Positions 1 to 12,652 of a stretch of 64,000 nt of DNA are shown one piece after another (the stretch's first letter is position 1; every line of letters begins with the position of its first letter). The DNA is taken from assembly GCF_035084215.1 (NCBI RefSeq), contig NC_090326.1, positions 14,074,001 through 14,138,000 on the forward strand, written 5' to 3'. The notes under the pieces were generated by a model. It was given only the letters and a program-made list of their open reading frames with translations. It had not been told where the DNA came from and did not search any database. The translations under genes and the position numbers were made by a program. This DNA is from Heptranchias perlo (Eukaryota).

Positions 1-1100
1 TTGGTGATTGTAGAACCAAACCCCAGTATGTGGAGTTGGTGATTGTGGAAACCAAACCCCAGTATGTGGAGTTGGTGATTGTGGAAACCAAACCCCAGTA
101 TGTGGAGTTGGTGATTGTGGAAACCAAACCCCAGTATGTGGAGTTGGTGATTGTGGAAACCAAACCCCAGTATGTGGAGTTGGTGATTGTGGAAACCAAA
201 CCCCAGTATGTGGTGTTGGTGATTGTGGAAACCAAACCCCAGTATGTGGTGTTGGTGATTGTAGAACCAAACCCCAGTATGTGGAGTTGGTGATTGTGGA
301 AACCAAACCCCAGTATGTGGAGTTGGTTATTGTGGAAACCAAACCCCAGTATGTGGAGTTGGTGATTGTGGAAACCAAACCCCCGTATGTGGAGTTGGTG
401 ATTGTGGAACCAAACCCCAGTATGTGGTGTTGGTGATTGTGGAAACCAAACCCCAGTATGTGGAGTTGGTGATTGTGGAACCAAACACCAGTATGTGGTG
501 TTGGTGATTGTGGAAACCAAACACCAGTATGTGGTGTTGGTGATTGTGGAAACCAAACCCCCGTATGTGGTGTTGGTGATTGTAGAACCAAACACCAGTA
601 TGTGGAGTTGGTGATTGTGGAAACCAAACCCCCGTATGTGGAGTTGGTGATTGTGGAACCAAACCCCAGTATGTGGAGTTGGTGATTGTGGAACCAAACC
701 CCAGTATGTGGTGTTGGTGATTGTGGAACCAAACCCCAGTATGTGGTGTTGGTGATTGTGGAAACCAAACCCCCGTATGTGGTGTTGGTGATTGTGGAAC
801 CAAACCCCAGTATGTGGTGTTGGTGATTGTGGAACCAAACCCCAGTATGTGGTGTTGGTGATTGTGGAAACCAAACCCCCGTATGTGGTGTTGGTGATTG
901 TGGAACCAAACCCCAGTATGTGGTGTTGGTGATTGTGGAACCAAACCCCAGTATGTGGTGTTGGTGATTGTGGAACCAAACCCCAGTATGTGGTGTTGGT
1001 GATTGTGGAACCAAACACCAGTATGTGGTGTTGGTGATTGTGGAACCAAACCCCAGTATGTGGTGTTGGTGATTGTGGAACCAAACACCAGTATGTGGTG
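1..1100. repeat. 35/36-bp minisatellite (TTGGTGATTGTGGA(A)ACCAAACCCCAGTATGTGGWG)n, about 31 units, runs off the left edge
   Basis: Direct tandem periodicity; ORF track shows a 12-aa period (VELVIVETKPQY); no spacers. Confidence 0.97.
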
Positions 1101-2058
1101 TCTTCAAGAAAAGAGAGAAAGAAATTGGGGGGAGAAATCTCTCTAGCATCATTAGTTATGAAGGTTTTTTTTGGATATTAGGTCAAATACAGAATGTGAA
1201 GTTTGTTTGCCTCATTGAGTTCCAAACTTTTCTATTGTGGCTTTGCAATTAGAAAAGAAAAATCTCCCGATAGCATGGAATGTGAACATGAATCAAGAGC
1301 AGTAATCTTCCTGTCTGCAGAGAAAGCACAACCCAATTTTCAAGAGTTGGCAAGTTGCAGCTGTACCTGGATGAAACCTCCATTGATCAAAATTCATAGC
1401 ACCCGATAATTCTGTTAATTTTCCAATTGCTCTGGCACTTTGAGAATTTAATTTTAAGTCTGTTACTGAATTTCATTTCTTTAACGTAAAAGATGTTCCA
1501 GCATTAGTAGATTAGTTTTCCTCACTGCTTCAGTGCATTAATTTTTCTTGCCAATTGCACATTAGCGCATTCGTTTTGTTCACCAGAAATGAAATGTTAC
1601 CTTTCTAACTCGGGTATCACTTCGTTCAGATCCTGTTTGCATCCAGAGAAGTTCCAGTGAGGCTGGGTTGTTATGATGTTATTCTGGTCAATAATTATTG
1701 AAATAAAATTGAGAATGCAGTGAAAGATTATTTTGAAATTGCAATTTTACTGCTGTCAACATTGAAAGTTTAGGATTTAAGCCATTGTATTGAAAAAGAT
1801 TTAAGTAGGCGAATTAATGTTAAAAAAAGCCACTCCTTTAATAACTAGAAATACAAAATGCCGATAGCTCTTGTTAGTGTTTGAAAATGTATTGTGCCCG
1901 ACGATGATGCAAAAATTCAACCATTTAGATGTAACTCGCTATGACTGCCAATAAACGAGTGGGAGGCTAAATAAGTAGCATTTAACAACTCACTTTTCTT
2001 CCTTTTCATTTAAGGCTTATGTTCTCAGTTGTTCTGAAATCTTATATTGCTCTAAGGT

Positions 2059-2506
2059 GTCAGCCGTGTCTCAGAGGTAGCTCTCTCACCTCTGAGTCAG
2101 AAGGCTTGGGTCCAAGTCTTGAGCATAAAACCTAGGCTGACACTCCCAGTGCAGTACTGAGGGAGTGCTGCACTGTCGGAGGTGCCGTCTTTTGGATGAA
2201 ACATTAAACCGAGGCCCATCTGCCTTCTCAGGTGGACATAAAAGATTGCATGGCACTATTCAAAGAAGAGCAGGTGAGTTCTCCCCAGTGTCCTGGCCAA
2301 TATTTATCCCTCAACAATCATCACTAAAACAGATTATCTGGTCATTATCACATTGCTGTTTGTGGGACCTTGCTGTGTGCAAACTGGCTGCTGCATTTCA
2401 TACATTACAACAGTGACTACACTTCAAAAGTATTTCATTGGCTGCAAAGCGCTTTGGGACATCCTGATGTCATTAAAGGCATGATAAAAATGCAAGCCTT
2501 TCTTTT
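2059..2506 (+). mobile_element. tRNA-headed Deu-domain SINE (SacSINE1/AmnSINE1-like)
   Basis: Decayed tRNA-like head; core GAGGGAGTGCTGCACTGTCGGAGGTGCCGTCTTT.GGATGA; L2-like tail ending AAATGCAAG; four near-identical copies in the window. Confidence 0.85.
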
Positions 2507-2727
2507 CTCTAATAACATTCACATTTCAAAATAGTGTTTTCAGCTTAGAAAATAAAATAGAAGCATGCTCCATAATTAGGTCGTGTAACAATTTTGTTGG
2601 CTATCAGCTAAAAATTAGATTCCTATTTCATGCTTTTTTTTATTGCAAGAAACTGATTAAATATTTTACTGATTGATGGTCGACTCCAGACCAGAGATGC
2701 CATTTCCAAGGTGTACGGTGGTTGGGA

Positions 2728-4383
2728 TCTGAGTGAACAGGGCAACCAACTGTGTATCTCCTTAACCAGTCAGATTGAACGATTGAGAAATAAACAGCGC
2801 AAGGAGTGAGAAGGAAGTGTAAATTAGAGTGGGTGAATTCAATGTCAAATTAGGTACAGAAAGAGAAATAAAGAGAGGGAAGGAAAGATTGGATTAAGAG
2901 AGAGAGATCAAAGAAACAAGGAGAATTTGTCAAGAGAAAGGAAAAGTGTAAAAAGAAAATTAAATTTAAAATTTTTAAAATCTCCAACAACAATTAATGC
3001 TTGAATGAATGAGACTCCACACTTGTAATAGTTAATTTTCAGTGCCAGAGAGGTTAATTGGCAGTAATTAATACATATCACATCATAAAATGGGTACTTA
3101 CGCTTGTAATGACAAGACTTAATTTTCTGTGGCGAGTTTCGTTTGTATCTACCATGCAAATACAGCAACTTCATGCCATTCAATTGTGTTTCAATGATGA
3201 GTCAGACAGCTAAATGCCGTTTTCGCGGAGCTAACCGCGGAGCGGCGCATTTCGGACAGCAACTTTTGGATATTGGCATTTAAACGTGCATCTGCTCCTC
3301 GCTTGAACTTGCTGTACCATTTGCAACTAAATAACGGCAAGGGCAGTGTCCTAGGCCCAACCATCTTCAGCTGCTTCATCAATGACCTTCCCTCCATCAT
3401 AAGGTCAGAAATGGGGATGTTCGCTGATGATTGCACAGTGTTCAGTTGCATTACCCCTCAGATAATGAAGCAGTCCGTGCCCGCATGCAGCAAGACCTGG
3501 ACAACATCCAGGCTTGGGCAGATAAGTGGCAAGTAACATTCACGCCAGACAAGTGCCAGGCAATGACTATCTCCAACAAAAGAGAGTCTACCCACCTCCC
3601 CTTGACATTCAACGGCATTACCATCGCCGAATCCCCAACCATCAACATCCCGGGGATCACCATTGACCAGAAACTTAATTGGAGCAGCCCCATAAATACT
3701 GTGGCTACAAGAGCAGGTCAGAGGCTGGGTATTCTGCAGCGAGTGACTCACCTCCTTACTCCCCAAAGCCTTTCCACCATCTATAAGGCACAAGTCAGGA
3801 GTTTGATGGAATACTCTCCACTTGCCTGGATGAGTGCAGCTCCAACAACACTCAAGAAGCTCGACACCATCCAGGACAAAGCAGCCCGCTTGATTGGCAC
3901 CCCATCCACCACCCTAAACATTCACTCTCTTCACCACTGGTGCACTGTGGCTGCAGTGTGTACCATCCACAGGATGCACTGCAGCAACTCGCCAAGGCTT
4001 CTTCGACAGCCCCTCCCAAACCCGCGACCTCTACCACCTAGAAGGACAAGGGCCGCGGGCACATGGGAACAACACCACCTGCACCCCTCCAAGTCACACA
4101 CCATCCCGACTTGGAAATACATTGCCGTTCCTTCATCGTCACTGGGTCAAAATCCTGGAACTCCCTACCTAACAGCACTGTGGGAGAACCTTCACCACAC
4201 GGACTGCAGCGGTTCAAGATGGAGGCTCACCACCACCTTCTCAAGGGCAATTAGGGATGGACAATAAATGCCGGCCTCGCCAGCTACGCCCACATCCCAC
4301 GAACGAATAAAAAAAACATTTGCGCCTAAGTAACGGCGAATGCCATTAGCCTCACCGTCATTTTGAGAGTAAAATCTGGCCCA
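2728..4383 (+). mobile_element. Non-autonomous TIR element (about 0.8 kb family), interrupted by a LINE at 3340-4316
   Basis: Collinear with 10491-11325 on both sides of the LINE; ends AAAATCTGGCCCA. Confidence 0.75.
3340..4316 (+). mobile_element. 5'-truncated APE-RT LINE, family A (CR1/L2 group): RT C-terminal half and 3' UTR
   Basis: GSVLGP...FINDL...MFADD motifs (frameshifted into ORF 3431-4267); 3' end CACATCCCA.GAACGAATAAAAAAAA. Confidence 0.95.
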
Positions 4384-4757
4384 TCAGTTTTTAAAGAGTT
4401 TAGTTTATTTCAGTATGCAGTCAATCACTTGCATCTTGGGTGTGAGGGAAAAAGAAAAGCATTTCCTATTAAGTCAAGCTAATAGGTTCCTGTCAGCAAA
4501 AGAACCATTTCTTCATTGCACATGTCATAGGAAAGACCTTTGGAGATTTGAAATGTTTTCCATTAAGGAGTTCATTTACGACATGACTGATTCTTTATTA
4601 AGCCAAGATCAACTTCAGTTAGACTTGCGTCTTATCATTCAGTTGTTGTTGCAAGCATTTTAAAGAGGGAGTTTCACCACCAGAATCTCTTCTAAGATCA
4701 AAGAATACTGATCAATATTAACATCCTTTTTAAGAAGCAGTCCAGTGAAAGTTTAAT

Positions 4758-4943
4758 GAGGGTGAAATTGGCCTTAGGCAGTAGTGTGAAACTGGCGATG
4801 GTGAATCTACGGCCCACTTTGCCTCTCGCACGGCTTTCTTTTCAATTGACTTCAGTGGAAAAGAAACTCGGGTGAGTGTAAAATAGGCCATCGATTCACT
4901 ATCGCCCGTTTCGCACCACTGCCTAAGGCCAATTTCACCCCCT
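4758..4943. mobile_element. Palindromic MITE (about 185 bp)
   Basis: About 50-bp near-perfect TIRs G.GGGTGAAATTGGCCTTAGGCAGT.../...ACTGCCTAAGGCCAATTTCACCCCC, with central ATTGACTTCAGTG. Confidence 0.9.
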
Positions 4944-5214
4944 GTGTGTTTTTAAATTCTGAAGTGCAAAATAAACAAGAGTAGGACTCGGGGCCTTGGA
5001 CCATCCAGTGTGCGCCATGCTATCAGACTATTAGAGAAGTTACAATCCTTCCTGCTGTAATATTTATTCTTCCCACATTTTCTGAGATGTTTTTTCTGGT
5101 TGTAATTGCAGGCCACCTGCAGCAAAATAGGAGGCTGAAGGTTCTTTGAAGCAAGGTTAGTTACGACTGTCATTAGTTGTTCTTTGGTTTGACAGCAGAA
5201 AGCGTGATTTACGC

Positions 5215-5626
5215 AGGAACAGGAGGAGCCCATTCAGCCCCTCCAGCCTGTCCCGCCGTTCAATTAGATCATGGCTGATCTGTACCTTAACTCCATTTAC
5301 CTGCCTTGGTTCCATATTCCTTAATAGCCTTGGCTAACAAAAATTTATCAATCTCAGTTTTGAAAGCTTCAATTGACCCCCAACCTCAATAGCTTTTTGG
5401 GGGAAAGAGTTCCACATTCTCATTGCCCTTTGTGTGAAGAAGTGCTTCCTGACATCACCGCTGAATGGCCTAGCTCTAATTTTAAGGTTATGCCCACTTT
5501 ATTCTGGACTCCCCCACCAGAGGAAATAGTTTCTCTCTATCTACCCCATCAAATCCTTTAATCATCTTTAGCACCTCAACTGGATCACCCCTCAATCTTC
5601 CAATCTCAAAGGAATACAAGCCTAGT
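5215..5626 (-). mobile_element. CR1 LINE 3' fragment
   Basis: Similar to the 3' ends of CR1 copies at 57038 and 9676 (TTCAAT.AGATCATGGCTGAT..., GAAGAAGTG). Confidence 0.85.
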
Positions 5627-8089
5627 CGGTTATCGTCCCTCCTGCCCCATTGAATTAATGTTTATCCAATCAATGGGCTTTATGGCTATGGTAAATTATC
5701 AATGGGTATAGCATTAAACAAAACTTAAAGTTCACTAACTGGCATTCACAAACCTTTCTCCATTCTTCCTCTCTATCCAAACCAGGCTTTACCAATGATA
5801 AACACTCAGTTTACTCACTGATACAAGCCTCTGTGCTGGCATCGCTGTGATTTGCTTTTTTTGAGGACATTCAACTTATAATACAATTTATACCCACAAT
5901 GACTGTGCAGTCCTTTCTATTTTGGTGCCTGTTGGGGGTGATTGATCCAAGTAAAGTTTGGTTTCCAGTTTTAATCCCCACTGCTACTGTCCACTGACAA
6001 ACCTTAAAATCCACCCGCCCTACTTTTAACTTTTAATGTAATCTGCCAAGACATGTAGCCTGCATTATAGGTCCTAAAGTATTCCCTATTCTCCCTCAAT
6101 CACCTATACTCGACTCCACTCGCCCGCTACCAGAAGCAAAGTAAGCCGGTATCGTGTCTTTTTCATTCATTTTCTGGTCTGCATCCTGTTACTATAATGG
6201 ATTCGAGCCCCCTGTTTTCCAGCTGATGGTTTCCATGATGAATAATGCAGTCTCCTGGGTGACGATTCCTGGATGTTCCTGGGCTGAACACCCAACAAAT
6301 TCTCTTCACCATCCCTCACAGTTCACTCTCGAATGCCACTTTGTTCTGATGAGTTTATAACAGAGGCACATATAGCGACACAATGTGATCTTGCTAGATA
6401 AACGAAAACTGCATGAAATTTAAGTAGCTCCATATGAAACGAAGCAAAATCTGATAATTCGATCAATTCTTTGGTCTAGATATGCACTCATGCAACCTGG
6501 TTTGTGTGTTTTTTTTAATGAAGTCTGCTGATGTTTCGGAATTATATTGTGCATCAGTCTCTTTGTAGAAAAGGATCTATTAAATTCAGGGTGTTGACTG
6601 TTCCAGTCCAGTGAAAATTTATAATACCTAGCAGTGTTTTTTTTTGAGGGGATGGTGTGTGCGCAAAGAAGATATAATTGCAGTCAGGAATAATGGAAAA
6701 CAGAGGCACGAGGCTGATAAAATGGGCGTCCATTTGTTTTCAGTTAATAGAGCACAATGATCACACTCACAATTGTCCTCCACCAACACCATCGTCAGCG
6801 GGACTGAGTGTATGCGACGCTAAACCCTGCCACACTGCTGAGCTCCACCTCTTCCTGTTTGTTCAGCTGTTTTCCTGTTTTGTCTCTGAAATCTTAACAC
6901 TAATGTCTGACTAGTTAATCATGTTTGGAAGCAGTTTGAGTACATCTTTCTTTAAAAAAAAATCTTTTTTTTTTCCAGACTGTGTGTTTTCCCTTTTACT
7001 TGTACAACACACTGAGCATAAAAAGGAATAATTCACTCCTGCCTGGTTCTGTACAGCCCGTGTTTCTCAGTCTCAGCTCCTGTAAATGTACAGTACACGC
7101 AGCGGGTAAAAGGGAACGATTCACTCCTGTCTGATACTGTACGGCCCATCTGTGTCTCAGTGTCAGCACTGGAGCAATGGAGTCAGCAGGGGACAGGGGG
7201 TTTGCTGAGGGTTTCAATGGCAGTGGGCTGGGAAAGGAATGAAAGCGGGTGAGGAAAGCACGGAACCTTTGTGATGGAGGTCAAATCGGGTCATGAGCTG
7301 AGCTCGGTGTTAAACAGGGCAAATTTCATTGCAGCTGTCAATGAAGAATAAAGGGGTGAACACCTGCAGAAAAACGATGGAGAGAGGAATATCAATGGGA
7401 CATGTTCAGTGTCCGTCCCCTAATATCACCCACAGTCATTTCTAGGCTACAGTGATCAACCTGCTCTTTAACTGACCTCATGTCAGAGACTCACAATTCA
7501 TATTTTAACTGAGAAACTGCAGGAACAGAGTGAGACGGATCTGCTTGAGCGCCTGATTCAGATACATTGCAATAAATGCATCGCATTCATGGATAGACGT
7601 TTAGTATGTGACAGGACATCAGGGGATGAGCAGAAGGAAATGCGGTGCACTTTGTTCCGAGGTACCACCGAAGCCACTGAGGGCGATTTCCGTGTTGACA
7701 CCGCCCCCTTTGCCCTTATCGTCGGGGCAGCGAGGGAACCAAGACAACACGGCTGGTAGTCGCGCTGACTTAGCTGCCGCGCAGCGCATCGCCAACCGTC
7801 CTGATCTTCGGGCAGATGTCCACCCAGGCGGTCAGAGTTCCCGGGGGGAAGTGGGCAGGAGGGCTCCCACATGTATCCACATCGGGGTCAGATGACCCAT
7901 GAAGCCACACCAGTCTCAGCCCGCCAGCTCCCAGCCACCAATCGCGGGCAGCGCAAGTCGGGAGGAGGCAATTTCCAGCGAAAACTAAAGGGACACCTCA
8001 GCTGCAATCAGGGGAAGCTGGATGGAGGTTAGGGAGATATTTACGACAGTCGCTTACGGGTTTTGAGACTTAAAGGCGTCCAAAAGTAA

Positions 8090-8802
8090 GGGGTCGAATC
8101 TTGCTGGAAAAACAACAGTGAGTTCACGACGCACGCCGTGATTGATGTCCTAATCAGCACGAGTTGCAAATCTCCAGAACTAGCTGGTCGATTTACACAG
8201 CTCCTCCGTTCGCTTCGCACAAACGGCACCTCGTCATTAGCCTCCCCGTTATTTTTAAGAAACTGCTGGATTTGCACATTGATTGCCCATTAAACTCGCT
8301 GCAGAAAGTTAGGACTGGCAATTAAGAGCTTAAGTACCTTTTTAACGACATGGTAATTGTTAATGCAGTGCCAACCAACCTCTCTGGCCCAGAAAGGGAA
8401 CTATTTAAAGTGTTCAATCCCATTCTTGCATGTAATAAGTTGTTGGAAATTTAAAACATTTAAAATTTTAAAAATGTTTCCTTACTTTTCCTTTCTGTGT
8501 CATTTATCTTTCTCACTTAATCCAATCTTTCTTTCCTTCTCCATTTCTCTTTCTAACCCTAACCCTAATTCCCCCTAGTTCCTTCTCCATTGTTCTTCTG
8601 TTTCTTTCTCAATCCTTAAATCTCATTGATTAAGAAGATACACTGTTGGTCCCAGATGTCCCGTTGCCCTCGCTGCCCCTGTTATCAACTCGCACTCCCA
8701 GCAAGTTATGGCGCAAATATTTTCGAGCTGAAGGGTGCAGGAAAAAGTCTAACTAAAGTCTAACTAAATGGGGCATACCCTCCACAGCAGCAAGGTCCGA
8801 CT
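8090..8802 (-). mobile_element. Diverged relative of the 10491-11325 TIR element
   Basis: CTTAATCCAATCTTTCTTTCC, AACCTCTCTGGC and TTGTTGGAAATTT are reverse complements of motifs in 10491-11325; boundaries approximate. Confidence 0.6.
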
Positions 8803-9439
8803 CAATGTATTTGCTGCTGTAGGTTCTTCACACATGTTACCTGTTGCTCTGAGGTGCTGCTTCTTTTCATTCCCGTTGATTATACCCCTCCCCTTTAAGC
8901 CGTTGCTGCAGACCCCGTCCGACCTCCCCCCCTCCACCCCCGCCTCACCCACCCCCCCCCCACCCCAGATCGGCGAGTTGCTGACTGAGGAGTGCGTTTC
9001 ACCCCGGCAGTTCAGTGTCCCCAGTATAAGGAGGACCCCAGAGCAAAATGGATCGGGGTTCCTGCTGATTTCACCTGGTGGCAAATGACCCCCACCCTCC
9101 CCCGGCTTAAATAGCGCTCGAAACGAAAATCGCCCCCATTAGCTCTGAGGGCTGCAATAGGATTACCGCACCAGTACTAAGGAGAATTGAGCAGCTGTAA
9201 TTTGTACCTGTAGCATATATTACTCGCACTCTATAAAGCAGAATCAAATGTGTCCAGGTTGTTCCCTACATTGGACTCAATTCTTTATCTCAGTCACTTA
9301 TGACGCAGAGTGTAGAATTCTCTGTCATAGAAATTGGTGCACCTTTCCCATTTAAGTGGCGCATCAATGCTTACATGGCACCATCAGTCAGGTGAAGTAT
9401 AAGTCTGATGCCAGTAATCGATAAGTTATCACACTGGTG

Positions 9440-9660
9440 CATTGGAGAAGGTTCAGAGAAGAGCAGTAAATGTGATTCCAGGACTCACAATCCTAAGTTA
9501 GGAGGATAGCATAGCAGCATCAGATCTCCAAACAGGGCAGTTGAGGCAAATCCATAGACCCATTCAAGAAGCAGCTGGATGCAGCGATGGGAGAACTGTA
9601 TGCTCCTTCGGGATGGATGAGCTAGGATGGCCTTTGTGATCTGGATCTATCTCGTGATTT
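9440..9660 (+). mobile_element. Highly decayed CR1 3' fragment
   Basis: TTGGAGAAGGTTCAGAGAAGAGCA (LEKVQRRA), GTTGAGGCAAAT, TTCAAGAAGCAGCTGGAT (FKKQLD). Confidence 0.6.
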
Positions 9661-9675
9661 ACATCAGTGGTGCAA

Positions 9676-9877
9676 AAACATAAGAACATAAGCAGGAGTG
9701 GGCCCCTCGAGCCTTCTCCGCCACTCAATAAGATCATGGCGGATCTTTTACCTCAACTCCACTTTCCCGCTCTATCCCCATATCCCTCGATTCCCTTAGT
9801 GTCCAAATATCCATCGATCTCAGTCTTGAGTATACTCAACGACTGAGCATCCTCAGCCCTCAGGGATAGAGAATTCT
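9676..9877 (-). mobile_element. CR1 3' fragment with (CATAAGAA)n tail
   Basis: AACATAAGAACATAAGCAGGAGT...TCAATAAGATCATGGC. Confidence 0.85.
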
Positions 9878-10044
9878 GAGGTAGAAAATTGAAAGAGGCA
9901 TGAGCCTTAGAATGCTGAGAGGCCAAAATAATCAGATGATTAGATGATGCAGATGATTAGATGATGCAGATGCACGCAGGCTATACAACCTGTATTGCGT
10001 CTGCAGGCGTGTAGAACATGCTCAAAATTGGCAAAGTCAAATAA

Positions 10045-10290
10045 ACTTAGAGGGTAAAATATTTTGCACAGAGCAATAGAAGTGTTGAACAGTCACCTAT
10101 GGGAGCTAACTAATTATAAGTTGATTAATTTCTTTTAAAAAGGAGCTGGATGGATTTGTGGTTATAGCAAGGTGTGAAGGTTATATAGGTAAATGTGTAC
10201 ATAATATATCAAACACTCGATGCTGGGCTGTGTCTCAAATCCCATTGTGATCGTAGGAATGCTATCTGTCTGATACAATGGGGCTGGATA
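10045..10290 (+). mobile_element. Decayed CR1 3' fragment
   Basis: TTTTGCACAGAG...TTTAAAAAGGAGCTGGATGGATT (FKKELDGF)...ATGGGCTGGATAG. Confidence 0.55.
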
Positions 10291-10490
10291 GCGTCACTTA
10301 TTATTCTCAAATGTTTCACTATATTTTCGGGTCAGGGAGGAGTTTTGCTGCCTTCACTTCCTGGAGGTTTCACCGAGAGTTATTCACCGCCTTCAGAAGA
10401 TTAAGCAAATTCGGAATATTATTGACACGAAAGATAAACACTGCAGGGCACAACATGAGTTAGTAACTACTCACAATGGCATTTTAATTT

Positions 10491-11325
10491 TGGCCCAGAT
10501 TTTGCTGTGGCAGGGCATCTAACGGCGCCTGCTGTGAGTTAGACTTGCCCGTTTAGGTTTTTAAAGTGTGAGCTGATAACTTCGCATCGAGGGAAACGGG
10601 CGTCTGTCCTGAGTGAACAGGGCAAGCAACAGGGTATCTCCTCAATCAATCAGATCGTGAAATTAACAGCGCAAGGACTGAGAAGGAAGTGTAAATTAGA
10701 GTGGGTGAATTCAATGTCAAATCAGGTTCATTAAGAGAAATAAAGAGAGGGAAAGAAAGATTGGATTAACAGAGAGAGAAAAAAAAGAGACAGAAAGGAA
10801 CAGTTAAAAAAAACTTAATTTAAAATTTGACATTTTTTAAAATCTCCAACAACAATTAAAACCTGAGGAATGAAACTCCACATTAGTAATAGTTAATTTT
10901 CAGTGCCAGAGGGATTAATTGGCAGTAAATAACACTTATCTCATCGTTAAAAGAATCTCTGACAGCTAAAAAGCTTCCTTTGTCTGAATCCAAGCTTAAT
11001 TAAATACGCGTGGACATTAAATGTTTCTGAGACAGTCACTTTGTATCACTTTACACCAGCCCTATCTTTTGTGACGAGTTTAGTTCTTATCTACCGTGCA
11101 AATACAGCAACTTCAGGCCATCCAATGAATTTCAGTGATGAGTCAGGCAGCGAGATGCCGTTTTCACGAAGCTAACGGTGGAGTGATGCATCTCGGACAG
11201 CAACTTTAGGATTTCCACGTTTAACCGCGCATCTGCCCCTCGCCTGAAGTTACTGTACCATTTGCACATAAATAACAGCGAGCGCCATTAGCCTCAACGT
11301 TGTTTTGACAGAAATATGTGGGCCA
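10491..11325 (+). mobile_element. Non-autonomous TIR element, possibly Harbinger-type, uninterrupted copy
   Basis: Termini TGGCCCAGATTTT ... AAATATGTGGGCCA; high similarity to 2728-4383; about 110 bp of extra sequence near 10953-11065. Confidence 0.75.
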
Positions 11326-11804
11326 TTAAATTCAACACTCAAAAAAAAACCCAAAGTGAGTCAGACAAATCAACAGATCTATTATATACCATCAGTAAAT
11401 CCTCGGGGGAGCTGTCTTTCCACAGTATGAGCGTTTTAGGATCACCAATGTCGATCAGCTCTTGGGAAACTGGCAAAACAACTTGAGAAAACCTAGCAAT
11501 CATTCATACTGTGCGCTGTCACTCTACAATTCAAATGAAGTAAATGCTAAGTGTGGCTTGTAAACAAAGGTTTTGTGAACAGAGTCCTATTTTGCGCTGA
11601 GGTACCTAATCAAATAAACGTAAAAATAGATTGATGCAAAAAATGCGATGTGCTGACCCAGTAGCAATTATACTGCACATCACACAACACCTTCTCCTTT
11701 GGAAGTACAGCAGAAGGCAATCAGGAATTATAGTGCATAAAGAATAATGCATCTGTGAACACTAGTGCAATTGGCAGATGTGAACATCATCTATCTCAGT
11801 GCCA

Positions 11805-12245
11805 TTCTTTCCTGTTCTCCTTCCCATCTGTCCTGAAGGCATTTGATCCATGCCGGGGTATAGTTGCAGAGTGACTGTCCATCCTCTGATACCCTGTTCA
11901 AGTGACCATTCTTCACATGTGACCCTTCCTGATGAGTGCTAGCAGGCAATTCAACTGCATCACCGCCAGGCCTGATTCTGGCCTCACCTGACATCCATCG
12001 AGGTTCCAGCAGGGGTCACTGAATAGCGACCGGCAGCAGCAAATCTGGCTGATTTTTTTATTTTATTAGCCCCACCTCCATCCTAACCTATTGATTTTAC
12101 CAGCTGTAAGTTCTAAACCTGAAACCAAGTCTTTTCTCTTTACTCGTAGCGCCCCTACTGTTGCTCTGGCCGAGATCGGGCAACTCGGTATATACTGGAG
12201 TGCCGCTCAGTTATAAACTGAGTGCAATTACTCACTAAACCATCA
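11805..12245 (-). mobile_element. Ancient tRNA-derived SINE (AmnSINE2-like), near full length
   Basis: Minus strand reads GATGGTTTAGTGAGTAA...GATCTCGGCC...CAGTAGGGGCGCTAC...AAAATCAGCCAG...CAGTGACCCCTGCTGGAA...TGAAGAATGGTCACTTG; family name recalled from memory, not searched. Confidence 0.6.
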
Positions 12246-12589
12246 GTGAAGCTCTATCCTCATTACGTGAATCACCAAGATTACAGGAAGATGGTGCTGG
12301 ATGGCAAAGCATTCTCAATGCAAAATACTTCTTCTTGCCATGACGGGACCTCTGGGTTGCTAGTCCAGTACCAGAAGCACTAGGCTACCACTCCCCGTTT
12401 AATTCTATTTACCAGGTGAAATGGCTCCTTTTTGTTGCTGCATGGACACGTCACACGGAAGGGATGCCGTGCAGACTCAGGTAGGTCACACTCTAGGAAT
12501 CTCCTCCGCCCTTCTCCCCGCTCCACCACCGCATGTACCTGTGGTGGAAGTTCGTTTATGCGCGTAAACGGCGCTTGTGCTAAACTTGC

Positions 12590-12652
12590 GCGGTGGCACG
12601 GACTCGATGGGCCGAATGGCCTCCTTCCGCGCTGGAACCTTTCTATGATTCT
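12590..12652 (+). mobile_element. CR1 3' terminus
   Basis: GATGGGCCGAATGGCCTCCTTC...TTCTATGATTCTA. Confidence 0.8.

Noticed and set aside
1-1100. CRISPR-like 36-bp repeat with internal palindrome, and its ORFs
   Set aside because: Units are directly adjacent with no spacers, there are no cas genes, and the context is eukaryotic
9953-9975. Short local duplications (17 bp here; 13 bp at 34141-34166)
   Set aside because: Ordinary slippage events
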